DNA of 64,000 nt, from NCBI GenBank assembly GCA_963422735.1, contig OY730476.1:2176001-2240000 (forward strand), read 5' to 3'. This document shows positions 19,765-29,732 of the stretch, in pieces (positions within the stretch are counted from its first letter, which is position 1; each line of letters opens with the position of its first letter). The position numbers and the translations under genes are program-made. Source of the DNA: Candidatus Latescibacterota bacterium (lineage in GTDB: Bacteria > Latescibacterota > UBA2968 > UBA8231). Under the pieces are notes generated by a model, which was not told the DNA's origin, made no database searches, and was given only the letters and a program-made list of their open reading frames with translations.

Positions 19765-20571
19765 GTGAAAATTGGCCTCTACGCCTCCATGTTCGGCAAA
19801 GACGATCCACCCACCCTGCAAAGCATCGAAAGTTACATTGACCACGCCTACGACCTCCGTCTCGACTTGATCGACTTTCGCCGCGACCGCGGCTTTAGCT
19901 CCAAAGACGCCGACTACCTCATCAAGACCAAGCTCGCCTGCATCGAAAAGGGGCTTGCCATCGGCTATTTAGCTTCCGGAGGGCACTTTGTCGGCAACGA
20001 CGAGGAACTGCGCGACAAGGTCGCCACCGCCAAGGCCGACATGGACATTGCGCTGATTTTGGGCGCGCCCATGATCCGCTTGTTCTGCGGCCAACCCCTC
20101 ACCGACCCAGAGCAACGCGTACGCGAAATTCGCTGCTTTCAGGAGGTCGCTGACTACGGCCTCGAAATAGGCCTCGCCGTCGGCCTGCAAAACCACCCCT
20201 CCACCGGCGACGATGTCATACGCATCATTGAGGAAACTGATCGGCCCAACTTTAGCTTCCTGCTCGACACCGGCCAGTGGTGCGGCTCGCCAGCCCGCAA
20301 CCGAGGCATTCCCGACCCGGATCACGACATTTACGCCTATATGCAGCAGACCGCCCATCTAGCCACCCACGTCCGCGCCAAGTTCTACAAGATCGACAGC
20401 GGCAAAGAGGAGTGGATCGACTACGAGCGCATCGTACCCATTCTCGCCGAGGCCGGATACAATGGGCCGCTCTCCGTCGTCTTTGAAGGCCAAGGCATCA
20501 ACGATTGCGACGACAAGGAAGTAGTCCGCTTGGCGGCCGCACACCTGCGGGATTTGGCCTCCCGACTCTAA
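19765..20571 (+). CDS. Sugar phosphate isomerase/epimerase (xylose-isomerase-like TIM barrel)
   Basis: LGAPMIRLF, LQNH, LDTG, GYNGPLSVVFE. Confidence 0.85.
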   Translation: MKIGLYASMFGKDDPPTLQSIESYIDHAYDLRLDLIDFRRDRGFSSKDADYLIKTKLACIEKGLAIGYLASGGHFVGNDEELRDKVATAKADMDIALILGAPMIRLFCGQPLTDPEQRVREIRCFQEVADYGLEIGLAVGLQNHPSTGDDVIRIIEETDRPNFSFLLDTGQWCGSPARNRGIPDPDHDIYAYMQQTAHLATHVRAKFYKIDSGKEEWIDYERIVPILAEAGYNGPLSVVFEGQGINDCDDKEVVRLAAAHLRDLASRL

Positions 20572-20602
20572 CGCCAATCCCTTTCCGAGTGGAGGCTATG
20601 CC

Positions 20603-20830
20603 ATGTCGAGGCGCGTCAACCAAGATCAGTTCTTAGAAGAAGGCTATGTAATCCTGCGCCACGTTATCCCGCCAGAGATGCTGGATGCAGTGTGCACGGC
20701 CTGCGAAAAAATGATCGATCGCCAGCGGCCCCCACTGGCGGCGTCTGGGAAACTCAAACGCCCCGATTTCGCCGCGCTCCCTGCCCACGACCAACGCTAC
20801 GCTACGAGTATGCACCCGATGACCTTGCAA
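20603..20830 (+). pseudogene. PhyH-family N-terminal remnant
   Basis: DQFLEEGYVILRHVIPPEMLD after a GGAGG RBS; no HxD motif follows; 3' boundary approximate. Confidence 0.55.
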
Positions 20831-21014
20831 GTGGGGGCAGCCTATTGCCGACCGTTTCTTAGCAGCGGAAGCCGGGCTGTGGATGCGCTTCAAACCCGTG
20901 GACGACGCTCTGCAAGCTCCAGAGCTGCAAGAGGGGCCCGGTTTCCAAGGCGAGGAGACGGAGACCCGCCGACCTCAGCGTCGAACGCTTTACCGCTGGT
21001 TGGGATGCTTAGGA

Positions 21015-21653
21015 TCAGAAGGCATAGTTCAGTGCCACGCTTGGCGTACCCGTCCGCGCTCCCGCTTGCAGCTTAAGCCGCTTGCCGTACTTAAACCGCA
21101 CTCGATCGCGTTTGTCCTCAATCACTTGGATGCCGTGCAAGAAGTCGTAGATCATACTACCGGCGATAGTGATCACTCCCAATGCAACTAGCGGTCCGCC
21201 CACCCCACCATCGCGATGGAGTTCTCGCAGGCGGTACTTGGGCGTCTCCCCTTCTAGCGAAACGGGGATCTGCTCGTAGCGGCGTTCTTTGTCTTTGTCC
21301 CCAGCGTTGATTACTAGGACGTCAAAATCCGTATCCGCGAATTCCCCTTCGTCCCACAGTGCCGCTCCAGCGATAATCGAGGCGACGCCCGCAAGACTCG
21401 TAGCCAAAAGCCACTTGCCCGTCCTAGGCTCCCCCGCGTAGAAGTGCATCATGCCCGGGACTGGAATCGCGCTCCGCATCAGTCCTGTGGAGATGCGGCG
21501 GTTCATGTCTTGGTACTCCTCGTAGGTCATATCCTGCGGTATGGGTATTAGCGGTGCCTCGTTCAGCACATCGCCTGTTCCCTGCGCCACAGCCGACGAC
21601 GGCAAGACAAATGCCAGCGCAAGCTTCACTATCCCTAGCGCGTATTTTCTCAT
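21015..21653 (-). CDS. Hypothetical exported membrane protein
   Basis: Signal peptide, PG..HFYAGE motif, two hydrophobic segments, terminal LNYAF; AGGAG RBS. Confidence 0.7.
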   Translation of the reverse strand: MRKYALGIVKLALAFVLPSSAVAQGTGDVLNEAPLIPIPQDMTYEEYQDMNRRISTGLMRSAIPVPGMMHFYAGEPRTGKWLLATSLAGVASIIAGAALWDEGEFADTDFDVLVINAGDKDKERRYEQIPVSLEGETPKYRLRELHRDGGVGGPLVALGVITIAGSMIYDFLHGIQVIEDKRDRVRFKYGKRLKLQAGARTGTPSVALNYAF

Positions 21654-21979
21654 GGTTTAATTCTCCTGTTTTGGGTTGGCGGTTTGCGAAGCTCTGGCGG
21701 AGGACGATCCGGCCACTTAGGTCGTCCAGCCAGCGACAGTTGTGACTTATAACACCTGAGTACCACCATAGTGTCACTGCTATTGTCTATTTCAATCGAC
21801 TCTACGAACTCGAGCCATTGTTCATGTATCCCACTCCGCGTAAATATCCGCGATAACTTCGTCGACCGGCACCCGATCCGTCTCCGCGTCGAGCACCGAT
21901 GCCTGCACCGAGGCTTCGGCGAGCAGGGCCGGCACCTATCCGTGCCTGCCTGCCTCCGTTTGCAGGAGTTCAGTACGGC

Positions 21980-22598
21980 TCAAGTCAGGTGCCTCCTCCC
22001 CACTCGTCTGCAAGCGCAACCGCCGTCTGTCTCCAAAGTGATTGCGAAGCTCTTCAAAGGGGCCGTCGCCCCCGGTCTGTCATCACGATCCGACCAGCCA
22101 GAATACCATGCACGCTGCAAAAAACAGATCCAACGCCGTGCCCACCGCCACGCCAAGCACCAAACTGAGCAGGAACCACAGGCCGGCCGTCCATGTCGCC
22201 GGGGAGAAGTCAACTCCCAGCAGCGGCGCGGTGAGCAACAGCGGCAGCGAAAAGAACAGCAGGCCGGGGATCCAGCCGCCGACCATTCCGGCCAGCATCT
22301 GCCCGTAGATTCCCATCGGCCGCACGAAGCGGTTAGCTATATTTCCACTCCACAGATCGCTGTCGATCTGGGTGCGGCCCAATAGCTGGTCGGCAAAAAT
22401 TGCGGCGACCATGGTATAGGTCTGTACCGCCTCCAAGCCCATCCCCGCAACGACGCCCTAGCCCACCATCACCGTGCGCCAGAGCGAGAGCAAGATCGTC
22501 TACGCGAAATCGCCAATCAGGCCCCAAGGCGTGTCGTTGAGCGACTGTGTCGCGACGATGGTGATGGTTTTACCGTATTTGTGCAGCAGTGGTATCAT
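21980..22598 (-). pseudogene. ABC-2 type permease remnant
   Basis: LWRT, TYT, LWSGNIANRFVRPMG, FLLSLVLG..VG in broken frames; AGGAG RBS before ATG at 22598. Confidence 0.65.
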
Positions 22599-22638
22599 CG
22601 GTTATCTCCTAAATAAGCCCGCGGTCTCTGGAAGCCAT

Positions 22639-22667
22639 AAAAAAGCCGGGAACAAGACTCCCGGCTA
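22639..22667 (-). terminator. Intrinsic terminator
   Basis: Minus strand AGCCGGGA-gtcttgt-TCCCGGCT followed by a T run. Confidence 0.8.
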
Positions 22668-22834
22668 AATTATACAACTCATTGTTTATAAGAGCCTTAG
22701 ATTGTCCTCTTCAGGGTATCGTGGGCACAGCTATCCTTTGCGCGGCCCCGGTGGAACCTCTCGTGCGGCTCAATTCGATGCCTACGCGCACGGCAATGGA
22801 TAGAAGGTGGGAATTGATCGCTTGAAGCGGACCG

Positions 22835-24277
22835 CTACGGGCGCAAACCCGTCGGCAAGGGGTGGTACTTCACCTCGACTTCCACATCTGTGACCTTCAG
22901 CGGACTCACCAAATCGTCCGGCCGCCCCACCAGCGCAATCTCCAAGCGGTTCGCCCCCTGCTGTGGTCGTACCCCCTGTAAGTCGAAAATCAGCCACATG
23001 CTCTGGTACGGAGCGACCTTATAGCCGTACTCGCGGCGACATATCTCTTCTTGCAGCGACTGGCCGTTGAGCGCGATCTCCAAGCGATCTTCCGAGACCA
23101 GATCGACGATCTTGATCCGCAAGAGCATCTGACTGACGCGGCCTTCTTGCGCGTCGTCGGCCAAGTAAAAGGGGATGATATGCTGCGCCCGGTCGTCGGC
23201 TGCGATCTCCACCGGCAGTGCCACCGGGTACTGGTTTTCCGTATCTACTGACCGCCGCGCCAACACGTAGTGCTTGTCCTTCTCCTTCATCAGGTTTCGG
23301 CTGCCCAACTCGCTCAGCGCACTGCGCTCCCGGTCTTCTAAGGGCCAGCGCATAAACCATGTGTACAGCCCGTCACAACCCCGGTCCAACAGGCTCGCCG
23401 AGGCCGCTCGCACTTGGGCAGGAGTGGACCAGATCCGCTGTTCGGCCCCGACCGACTCGTCGCATACATAGGGTTGCAAGACCCCATAGACTGAAGCGTC
23501 GACCGCGTGCGCTGCCTCGATCAGCCAATCTATCGGCATGTCCCCGTCGAGGATCATATAGCCGTAGCGCATCGGCACCAAGAAATCCACCAACCCGCGC
23601 TCTAGCCAAGCCCGCACATCCAAGCCCTGCGCCCTGTTCATCTCCTCGGTGGGCAAAACCCGTGCTCCGATTGCGCCCGACCGCTGCCCGCGCACTCGCT
23701 CGGCGAGCCGCTCTACGTAGTCGGTCAAAATAGGCGTCATCGCCTCCACATCCTCCTCTCGCAGGATGCGCGGTGCTCCGCCCGGCAGGGCAAAATCCAG
23801 CTCGATGCCATCGGTTTCGTATTCAGTCGCCAGCTCCTCTACTACTTGCAATATGTGCGCCCGCACCTCGGCGTGCGCCAGTCCGCCACCGCCATCGGCC
23901 AGCCTGTGGGCCGGATCCATATTCCCGTAGGCGGCCATCCGCAAGCTGGCCCAAAAGTCCATGTTTCGGTCGTGTGCCCGGTCGATGAGCACTGTCAGCG
24001 GGTCGAGCCCGCGCTCGATCAGGCTCTGCATGTTGTGCCAAGTGCGCCAATAGGCGGCCTGCTCAAAGGGCTGAATATCCGCTCCGAACATCATCCCGAC
24101 TCGCGATGGGTAAAAAAGCCCATCGCTGCGCTCGACTCCGTAGGCAAAAGTATCCACCCCCGTGCCTGAGACCTCATCTATTGGCACCCAAGCGTCTTCG
24201 AGCGCCATCGGCGGCTCAAAGGCAAAAAGGTAGTAGTGCCGGGCATCATTAAAGTAGATGGTGCGCTGCTGTCGCAT
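22835..24277 (-). CDS. Hypothetical glycoside-hydrolase-like (GHL10-type TIM barrel) protein
   Basis: IYFNDA, ASLRM, YETDGIELDF, GLVDFL; C-terminal beta-sandwich (GANRLEI). Confidence 0.65.
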   Translation of the reverse strand: MRQQRTIYFNDARHYYLFAFEPPMALEDAWVPIDEVSGTGVDTFAYGVERSDGLFYPSRVGMMFGADIQPFEQAAYWRTWHNMQSLIERGLDPLTVLIDRAHDRNMDFWASLRMAAYGNMDPAHRLADGGGGLAHAEVRAHILQVVEELATEYETDGIELDFALPGGAPRILREEDVEAMTPILTDYVERLAERVRGQRSGAIGARVLPTEEMNRAQGLDVRAWLERGLVDFLVPMRYGYMILDGDMPIDWLIEAAHAVDASVYGVLQPYVCDESVGAEQRIWSTPAQVRAASASLLDRGCDGLYTWFMRWPLEDRERSALSELGSRNLMKEKDKHYVLARRSVDTENQYPVALPVEIAADDRAQHIIPFYLADDAQEGRVSQMLLRIKIVDLVSEDRLEIALNGQSLQEEICRREYGYKVAPYQSMWLIFDLQGVRPQQGANRLEIALVGRPDDLVSPLKVTDVEVEVKYHPLPTGLRP

Positions 24278-24363
24278 GGCGTATCCTCCTCGTATCGACG
24301 GGCTGTTGACGCCAACCAAAATGGAAAAGTCTTATGGGCGGTCGAGACAGAAGCGGTTGGAAC

Positions 24364-25245
24364 TCACTCTCCATCTAACCCCTCGTGGGCGTAATGCCAG
24401 TCTTCAAGGTGGTTGAGCAGCACCCCTGAAGTCCACGTCGGGGGACGCTGCAAGGTGGCGTGGATTTCGGCCTGTTTGGCGGCGATGTGATCTCGCTCAA
24501 GCAGGCGCTGGTTGAAGGTCACCACAGCCTCTTCCTCGATAGTACCTTCCCGTAGCACCCAGTCCTCGAATGCGAGATAGGTCGGCATCTCCTCGCGGAG
24601 AAACGCAAGGGCTGTGTCCTGATCCACCTGCAAGGTCTGCAAGCAGCGCTGGTCGAGGCTGCCCTTGGCGCAATCGGGATAGTCGAGATGCAGAAGACCC
24701 TTGGCGCGTAGGCAGGCCTTGAGCCAAGTGCGAGGAAGCTGGCAGATGCCCAACGGGCCTTGGTCGATGCTGCTAAGAGTAGGGGCCACAGGTCCGGACA
24801 GGCCCGGGGCACCGGGAGCGAAGACGCGGCGGTGAAAAAGGTGCCAGTCCTGTAGGCAGTTGAGCAACACAGCCGATACTTCGGTCGTATCTTCCGGCGA
24901 CCAGCCTATGTCCCCATAGGTCTCATCGATTTTGGCTGGAATATAGTGGGTGCGCTGCACCAGCGACTTATTCCAGCGCGCTATGCGAATGGGCTCGTAG
25001 GTGCCTTCAGCAGTCACCCATTTCTCAAATTGTAGGTACGTAGGCCGCTGGTCCCATAAAAAGTGCAGAGCACGGTCCTGGTCGAGACGCAGCACCTCTA
25101 GCACGTATTTGTCGAGACCGCCGCTGCAAAAGGGATAGTCCGCGTCGAGCTGCCCGGCTTGGTGAAGACAGTTTTTCCACCATAGACGCGGTAGCTGGGC
25201 CACGCCCAGCGGGCCTTGACAGAGGGTGCTGACCAATGGAATCAC
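24364..25245 (-). CDS. Protein with two tandem DUF5069-like domains
   Basis: GPLGVAQLPRLWWK...PTYLQFEKWV...LLNCLQDW repeated as GPLGICQLPRTWLK...PTYLAFEDWV...LLNHLEDW. Confidence 0.7.
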   Translation of the reverse strand: MIPLVSTLCQGPLGVAQLPRLWWKNCLHQAGQLDADYPFCSGGLDKYVLEVLRLDQDRALHFLWDQRPTYLQFEKWVTAEGTYEPIRIARWNKSLVQRTHYIPAKIDETYGDIGWSPEDTTEVSAVLLNCLQDWHLFHRRVFAPGAPGLSGPVAPTLSSIDQGPLGICQLPRTWLKACLRAKGLLHLDYPDCAKGSLDQRCLQTLQVDQDTALAFLREEMPTYLAFEDWVLREGTIEEEAVVTFNQRLLERDHIAAKQAEIHATLQRPPTWTSGVLLNHLEDWHYAHEGLDGE

Positions 25246-25257
25246 GACTTGCTCCTT

Positions 25258-26112
25258 TCAGGTGGCTGCCAACTCAAACAACGGTGCGTTCCCCTCGGCA
25301 CAGACCCGCAAGTCCTCCACTTCGGCGGCCGTGAGCGGCGCGAGGCGGTCAACTATGTCTAGGGCCATTTCAAAGAGGGGGGCCTCACCGGGCGGCAGGG
25401 CGGCAGTGATGGGCTGCGATAGGGCGAAGCGCAGAGCGAGCTCGGCTAGCTCCGGCTCGTCAATGGGATCGTACCAGCATTTGGCGTAGCGTTTTGTTGC
25501 TCCTTGGGGCAGGCGCGATCGGGCCATGGCTTTGAGGGCTAGACGGGCGGTGCCGCGCTCTTGAGCCTTGGCCACGACTTGGGGGCCGAAGTCGGCTTGG
25601 AAGTAATTGACCCAGTTGACGGGGAAGAGCACCGAGTCAAAGGGGAAATAGTCCAGCAGTTTCAAGGCGATTTCCGCCGAGTGGGCCGAAAAACCTAGAT
25701 AGCGCACCAAGCCTTGGTCGCGGGCCTCCACGAACGCCGCCAAGGCTCCGTCAGGGGCAGTAGCCGCGGCAAAATCCTCCTCCGTGGTCATGGCGTGCAA
25801 TTGGTACAAGTCGAAGTGGTCGGTGCACATAGTTTTGAGGGATTGGCGCAACTCGGCGGCGGCCCCAGCCCGTGTGCGCTGGGTAGTCTTGCAGGCTAGG
25901 AATACATCGCTGCGGTACGGTTCCAAGGCCGGTCCCAGACGCTCTTCGGCATTGCCGTAGCTCGGGGCCACGTCAAAGTAATTGACGCCGCGCTCGACGG
26001 CTCGTCCTACCAAGCGGGCAGCCTCAGCCGCTTCGACTTGGCTGACGACGATGCCGCCGAAGCCGATTACGGAGAGGTGTTCACCAGTGGTGCCGTAGGG
26101 ACGTCGCTGCAT
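25258..26112 (-). CDS. Aldo/keto reductase
   Basis: YFDVAPSYG, FDLYQLH, LGFSAH. Confidence 0.92.
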   Translation of the reverse strand: MQRRPYGTTGEHLSVIGFGGIVVSQVEAAEAARLVGRAVERGVNYFDVAPSYGNAEERLGPALEPYRSDVFLACKTTQRTRAGAAAELRQSLKTMCTDHFDLYQLHAMTTEEDFAAATAPDGALAAFVEARDQGLVRYLGFSAHSAEIALKLLDYFPFDSVLFPVNWVNYFQADFGPQVVAKAQERGTARLALKAMARSRLPQGATKRYAKCWYDPIDEPELAELALRFALSQPITAALPPGEAPLFEMALDIVDRLAPLTAAEVEDLRVCAEGNAPLFELAAT

Positions 26113-26174
26113 GGACATTCTCCTCTTTTCTGGTGGAATTCTACAAGCCGAACAGATGCATTATTGTCGGAAAC

Positions 26175-27323
26175 CTATTCAAACACCGTTTCGCCGCACT
26201 TGTGTCCTTCAATGTAATCCCAATCCATCTCCACGCCCAAACCCGGCCCCTGCGGCACGGGCACGTGGCCTTGGGCATCGACGTTTTCCAGTTCGTCGGT
26301 GAATTCGGGGGGATAGACGGGCGGCTTGGTATTTTTAATTAAGGGATGGAGCAGGCCCAGCTCGTAGTAGTTAGTGTTGCGGATAGCGGCAATGCAGTGG
26401 CGGTGAGCCAAGCCGCCGCCGTGGAACTCACAGTCGAGACCAAAGCCCTCGGCGGCATGGGCGACCTTCATTGCGCCAGTGATGCCGCCGTCCTCGAATG
26501 TGCCAACGCGGACAAAGTCGGTGCCGCCATGAGCAATGAAGTCCACGTGTTGCTCAAGACCAAAGATATGCTCGGTCTGCAAAAGCGGCGTCTTGAGCAA
26601 TTCGCGGAGCTTCTTGTGGGCAAAAATAGAGACGCCGCCGTCCTGATAGGGATCCTCGAGCCAGAAGTAGCCTGCCTCGTCGCAGGCGCGGCCCACGCGC
26701 AGGGCGTCGGCCCACGTTTCGTATTCGCAGGCCGGGTCGATCATCAGATCCATGCGGTCGCCCACGCGCTCGCCGACTGTGAGGACATTGGACACCTCGC
26801 GAGCGATGGGAGCGTTGCCCCAGCCGTGAATCTTGAAGGCTGGATAGCCGATCTCCGCGCACTGCTCAGCGAAGTCGGCAAAGGCTCCTGGCGTACTCAG
26901 ACCGCCGTTTTCGTCGCCGTGGTAGGTCGAGGCATAGGCGGGGATGGTCTTTCTCCAGCCGCCCAAAAGTTGCCAGATAGGCGCATCGTACACTTTGCCG
27001 GCGAAATCCCAGAGCGCCACGTCAACGGCGCAGATGTCCGTGCGGGCGGAGTGGCGCAGACCGCGTTTGATATCGTTGTACATCCGCTCGCGGGCAAATG
27101 GGTCGCGGGCGAGAAGGTAGCGGGCGACGTTTCCGGGCACGGGACGGCCGAGGCACTCGCCGGTGATGCCAATGCTGGTGTGGATGCGTACCACGCAATG
27201 CGTCATCGGGAGCGTCGCGCCCTTTTGGTACACTTGGTTGAAACCGTTGTAGTCGGTGCCCATGTTTTCGATCTGATGGGCAAAGTAAACGTTTTCGATC
27301 TTGGTGATTTTGGGGTCGGCCAT
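26175..27323 (-). CDS. Mandelate racemase/muconate lactonizing enzyme family protein
   Basis: DVALWDFAGK, FKIHG, WLEDP, VPQGPGLG. Confidence 0.92.
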   Translation of the reverse strand: MADPKITKIENVYFAHQIENMGTDYNGFNQVYQKGATLPMTHCVVRIHTSIGITGECLGRPVPGNVARYLLARDPFARERMYNDIKRGLRHSARTDICAVDVALWDFAGKVYDAPIWQLLGGWRKTIPAYASTYHGDENGGLSTPGAFADFAEQCAEIGYPAFKIHGWGNAPIAREVSNVLTVGERVGDRMDLMIDPACEYETWADALRVGRACDEAGYFWLEDPYQDGGVSIFAHKKLRELLKTPLLQTEHIFGLEQHVDFIAHGGTDFVRVGTFEDGGITGAMKVAHAAEGFGLDCEFHGGGLAHRHCIAAIRNTNYYELGLLHPLIKNTKPPVYPPEFTDELENVDAQGHVPVPQGPGLGVEMDWDYIEGHKCGETVFE

Positions 27324-27355
27324 GAGGTTTTGTTCCTTTCGGGAAAAGGTGCTTT

Positions 27356-27405
27356 GTTAGTGGTTAGTGGTCAGTGGTTAGTGGGGACTAATCACTAATC
27401 ACTAA
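27356..27405. repeat. Head-to-head heptamer arrays (TTAGTGG x4 / ACTAATC x3)
   Basis: Seen directly; the two halves are near reverse complements; lies 2 nt past the DUF5131 stop. Confidence 0.85.
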
Positions 27406-27407
27406 AT

Positions 27408-28124
27408 TCAACAAAAGGGCTTTGGCATTTGATCCCACGTTTCGTTGTCCAGCGTCCGGCCCGTCTTTTTCTTGAATACGCCGCCCCATTGTTTGAAGAA
27501 GAACGGCACATCGCTCCGCAAACAGAGGTCGCGGATGGCTCGCACCCAATCGGCTTCCATTGGCCGGGCACCCGGCCCCGATTCACCACCGACGATAACC
27601 CAGTTAACTCCCGTCAAATCCATATCAGACAAAGGGCCGAGCAGCGGTTCGAGAGACAGAAACTTTATCTTGGCCCCAGTCTCCGTAAGCCGTGCCATCC
27701 GACCCAACCATCTTGAAGATTCAATGCTTGTGCCGAGCCAGATGTTCGGCGTCCAGTTCAGCCTTCCATCGAGTCGCGCAACGCGATCTGGACGTTTGGT
27801 AAGCACTTGGAACGTGTGCTGAGACGCCTCGTTCATGGTTGCAAATACCGATTCGATAAAGGCCGAGGGAACGGACTTATGGAACAGATCGGACATGGAA
27901 TTGACGAATACTATACGAGGCTTCTTCCAACTAATCGGCTCACGTAAGACTTCTGGATGGACCGCAACCACAAATCCGCGCTTGTATTTTTTGGCTCCCA
28001 TCGCTTGCAGTCTTCGCGACATCCTTTCGGCATAGCAATGCTTGCAGCCATGGCTGATCTTCGTGCAACCGGTCACCGGATTCCACGTAGTCTCGGTCCA
28101 TTCGATTTTGGAGCGCGTGGACAT
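27408..28124 (-). CDS. DUF5131 (phage Gp37/Gp68-like, three-Cys motif) protein
   Basis: SKIEWTETTWNPVTGCTKISHGCKHCYAE, FVNSMSDLFH, GGESG, FFFKQWGG. Confidence 0.92.
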   Translation of the reverse strand: MSTRSKIEWTETTWNPVTGCTKISHGCKHCYAERMSRRLQAMGAKKYKRGFVVAVHPEVLREPISWKKPRIVFVNSMSDLFHKSVPSAFIESVFATMNEASQHTFQVLTKRPDRVARLDGRLNWTPNIWLGTSIESSRWLGRMARLTETGAKIKFLSLEPLLGPLSDMDLTGVNWVIVGGESGPGARPMEADWVRAIRDLCLRSDVPFFFKQWGGVFKKKTGRTLDNETWDQMPKPFC

Positions 28125-28126
28125 AT

Positions 28127-28928
28127 TTACAAGTCCTTTAGGATATGCTCCGCTATACGTATTGCGGGGTCGATTCCGTTCGGGCTCCCAACGCAGAACA
28201 GAAATTCAAACAACGCTGAATTCTTTGAATTCTTTAGCGTTCGGGATTTCTTAAGGAATCTGTTGTCAAGCAATTGGGTCAGTTTGTTCTTGTATATTTC
28301 AATAAGTCCATTGATCCCTTCTGAGCGCTGCTGTTTTTCATCTCCAAATAATCCGAGTTGAGGATTATTGCTGTACAGGCCTCTCCAACTTTCATCGCCA
28401 TAGATGCGATTCAAACGATTGACCCACTCTGGAGAATCGCCGATGTGGGAAAAAGTATCCAAGTATCCAAGGCTTCGAATGAGGCTATTTTTTTAATTGT
28501 CGCCCACTCTACCTCAGTGGCAAACGGATCGAGAAATAAAACACCCCGATAGCATTGCCAATCTTTTTGTAAGTTCTGCAAGAAATCGTTGGCATCTTCG
28601 TTTTCTATTCGAATATTTTTACATTGATTGGCTTCCCTTAACGAGTTCAGTTCGATGCAACGGTTTTTATCTTTCTCGATAAAAATGTATTCGTCAAATG
28701 GCTTGTCATCGACATCTACAGCTATTTTTGCGGAGCCTTCTATAAATTCTTTTTTATCCTCCTCAACCGAGGTTAATTCTACTTCTCCTGTACCCGCAAA
28801 AGCATCAATGTAAATCAGACTAAACGGCTGATTTTTCAGTGCTGTGGTATAGGCATCCAGATATTTTTAAGAATGGCTAATTTCTCTTCTGTCCATGGAC
28901 CTCCAAAGCCCGTATTGGCACTTCTCAT
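28127..28928 (-). pseudogene. tcmP: Three-Cys-motif partner protein (TcmP-like), frameshifted
   Basis: FGGPWTEEKL, YIDAFAGTG, LFLDPF, LDTWILFP; frameshifts at ~28865 (A-run) and ~28440; adjacent to DUF5131. Confidence 0.8.
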
Positions 28929-29088
28929 AGATTTTCTATCCCCACAATTTTCAGGTTCTTGGTTCCACAGTCATCCACGATCTTGACCACTTCTCGTCTG
29001 TGTTCGCAAGCCTCGCTTTTAGCATGGTAATGTCGTCGAGCCGCGTCAATCCCAACTCTGACTAGATAATCGCTATACCGGCGGTAAA

Positions 29089-29212
29089 ATTGGCGGGATT
29101 GACAGCCCACAGATCCGCTGGATCATAAACGCTCACTACCTGCGGGGAGTGCGCTGGTAGCGCCCTCTCTCGGTTGAAGGCTCGCTAGCGCGGCGAGGTT
29201 TTATAGGCGATG
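29089..29212 (-). pseudogene. Diverged, displaced copy of the amidohydrolase 3' end
   Basis: Aligns with 29760-29886, e.g. CCGCTGGATCATAAACGC is shared exactly. Confidence 0.85.
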
Positions 29213-29224
29213 AACACGGCCCCG

Positions 29225-29660
29225 TTAATAGGAGACGGCCACGGTGTGCAGGACGGTCTTGTTATCGACCTGAACCCTGCTGTATTGGTATGGATGTGCA
29301 GGCGCACGCAGTACAGGCCCGGAGGTACTAGGTCTCCGTATTCGTCCCGTCCATCCCAGCCGACGGCACTCAGGGTGCGCCGTTCGCCGAGGACGCGTAC
29401 CCGTCGGCCATCGAGATGGTAAACCGCGGCCTCCACCGGACTATCGTCTTCCACTCTCACTACTTTGAAAAGAAAAAAATCCAGTCGTCAGAGCCAAGCG
29501 GCCGCTCGAGAATCCATAGTTTTCGGCCACTCAGATCGCACAAGTCAATCATACACAAGCGCCGCGCCAGCCAGAGTAAGCAAGGCGCATTCAAGGCGTA
29601 CCCCGTCATTGACCCCGTCGCTATTGGGCGTACAAATCGACGAGACCAATGCCGCCCAGC
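29225..29660 (-). pseudogene. Remnant of a C-terminal TPNGDG/FlgD-Ig-like domain
   Basis: ICTPNSDGVNDGVRL and VYHLDGRRVR...WDGRDEYGDLVPPGLY in broken frames. Confidence 0.65.
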
Positions 29661-29732
29661 AGGAGGAGCAGAGGATACGATCTCGCCATTTTCCCTCATT
29701 TGGCGATTCGGTGTAGGCCACAGCGTCTCCTC

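Noticed and set aside
27408-28124. Prophage, suggested by the 'phage Gp37/Gp68' family label
   Set aside because: No structural, terminase or integrase genes nearby.
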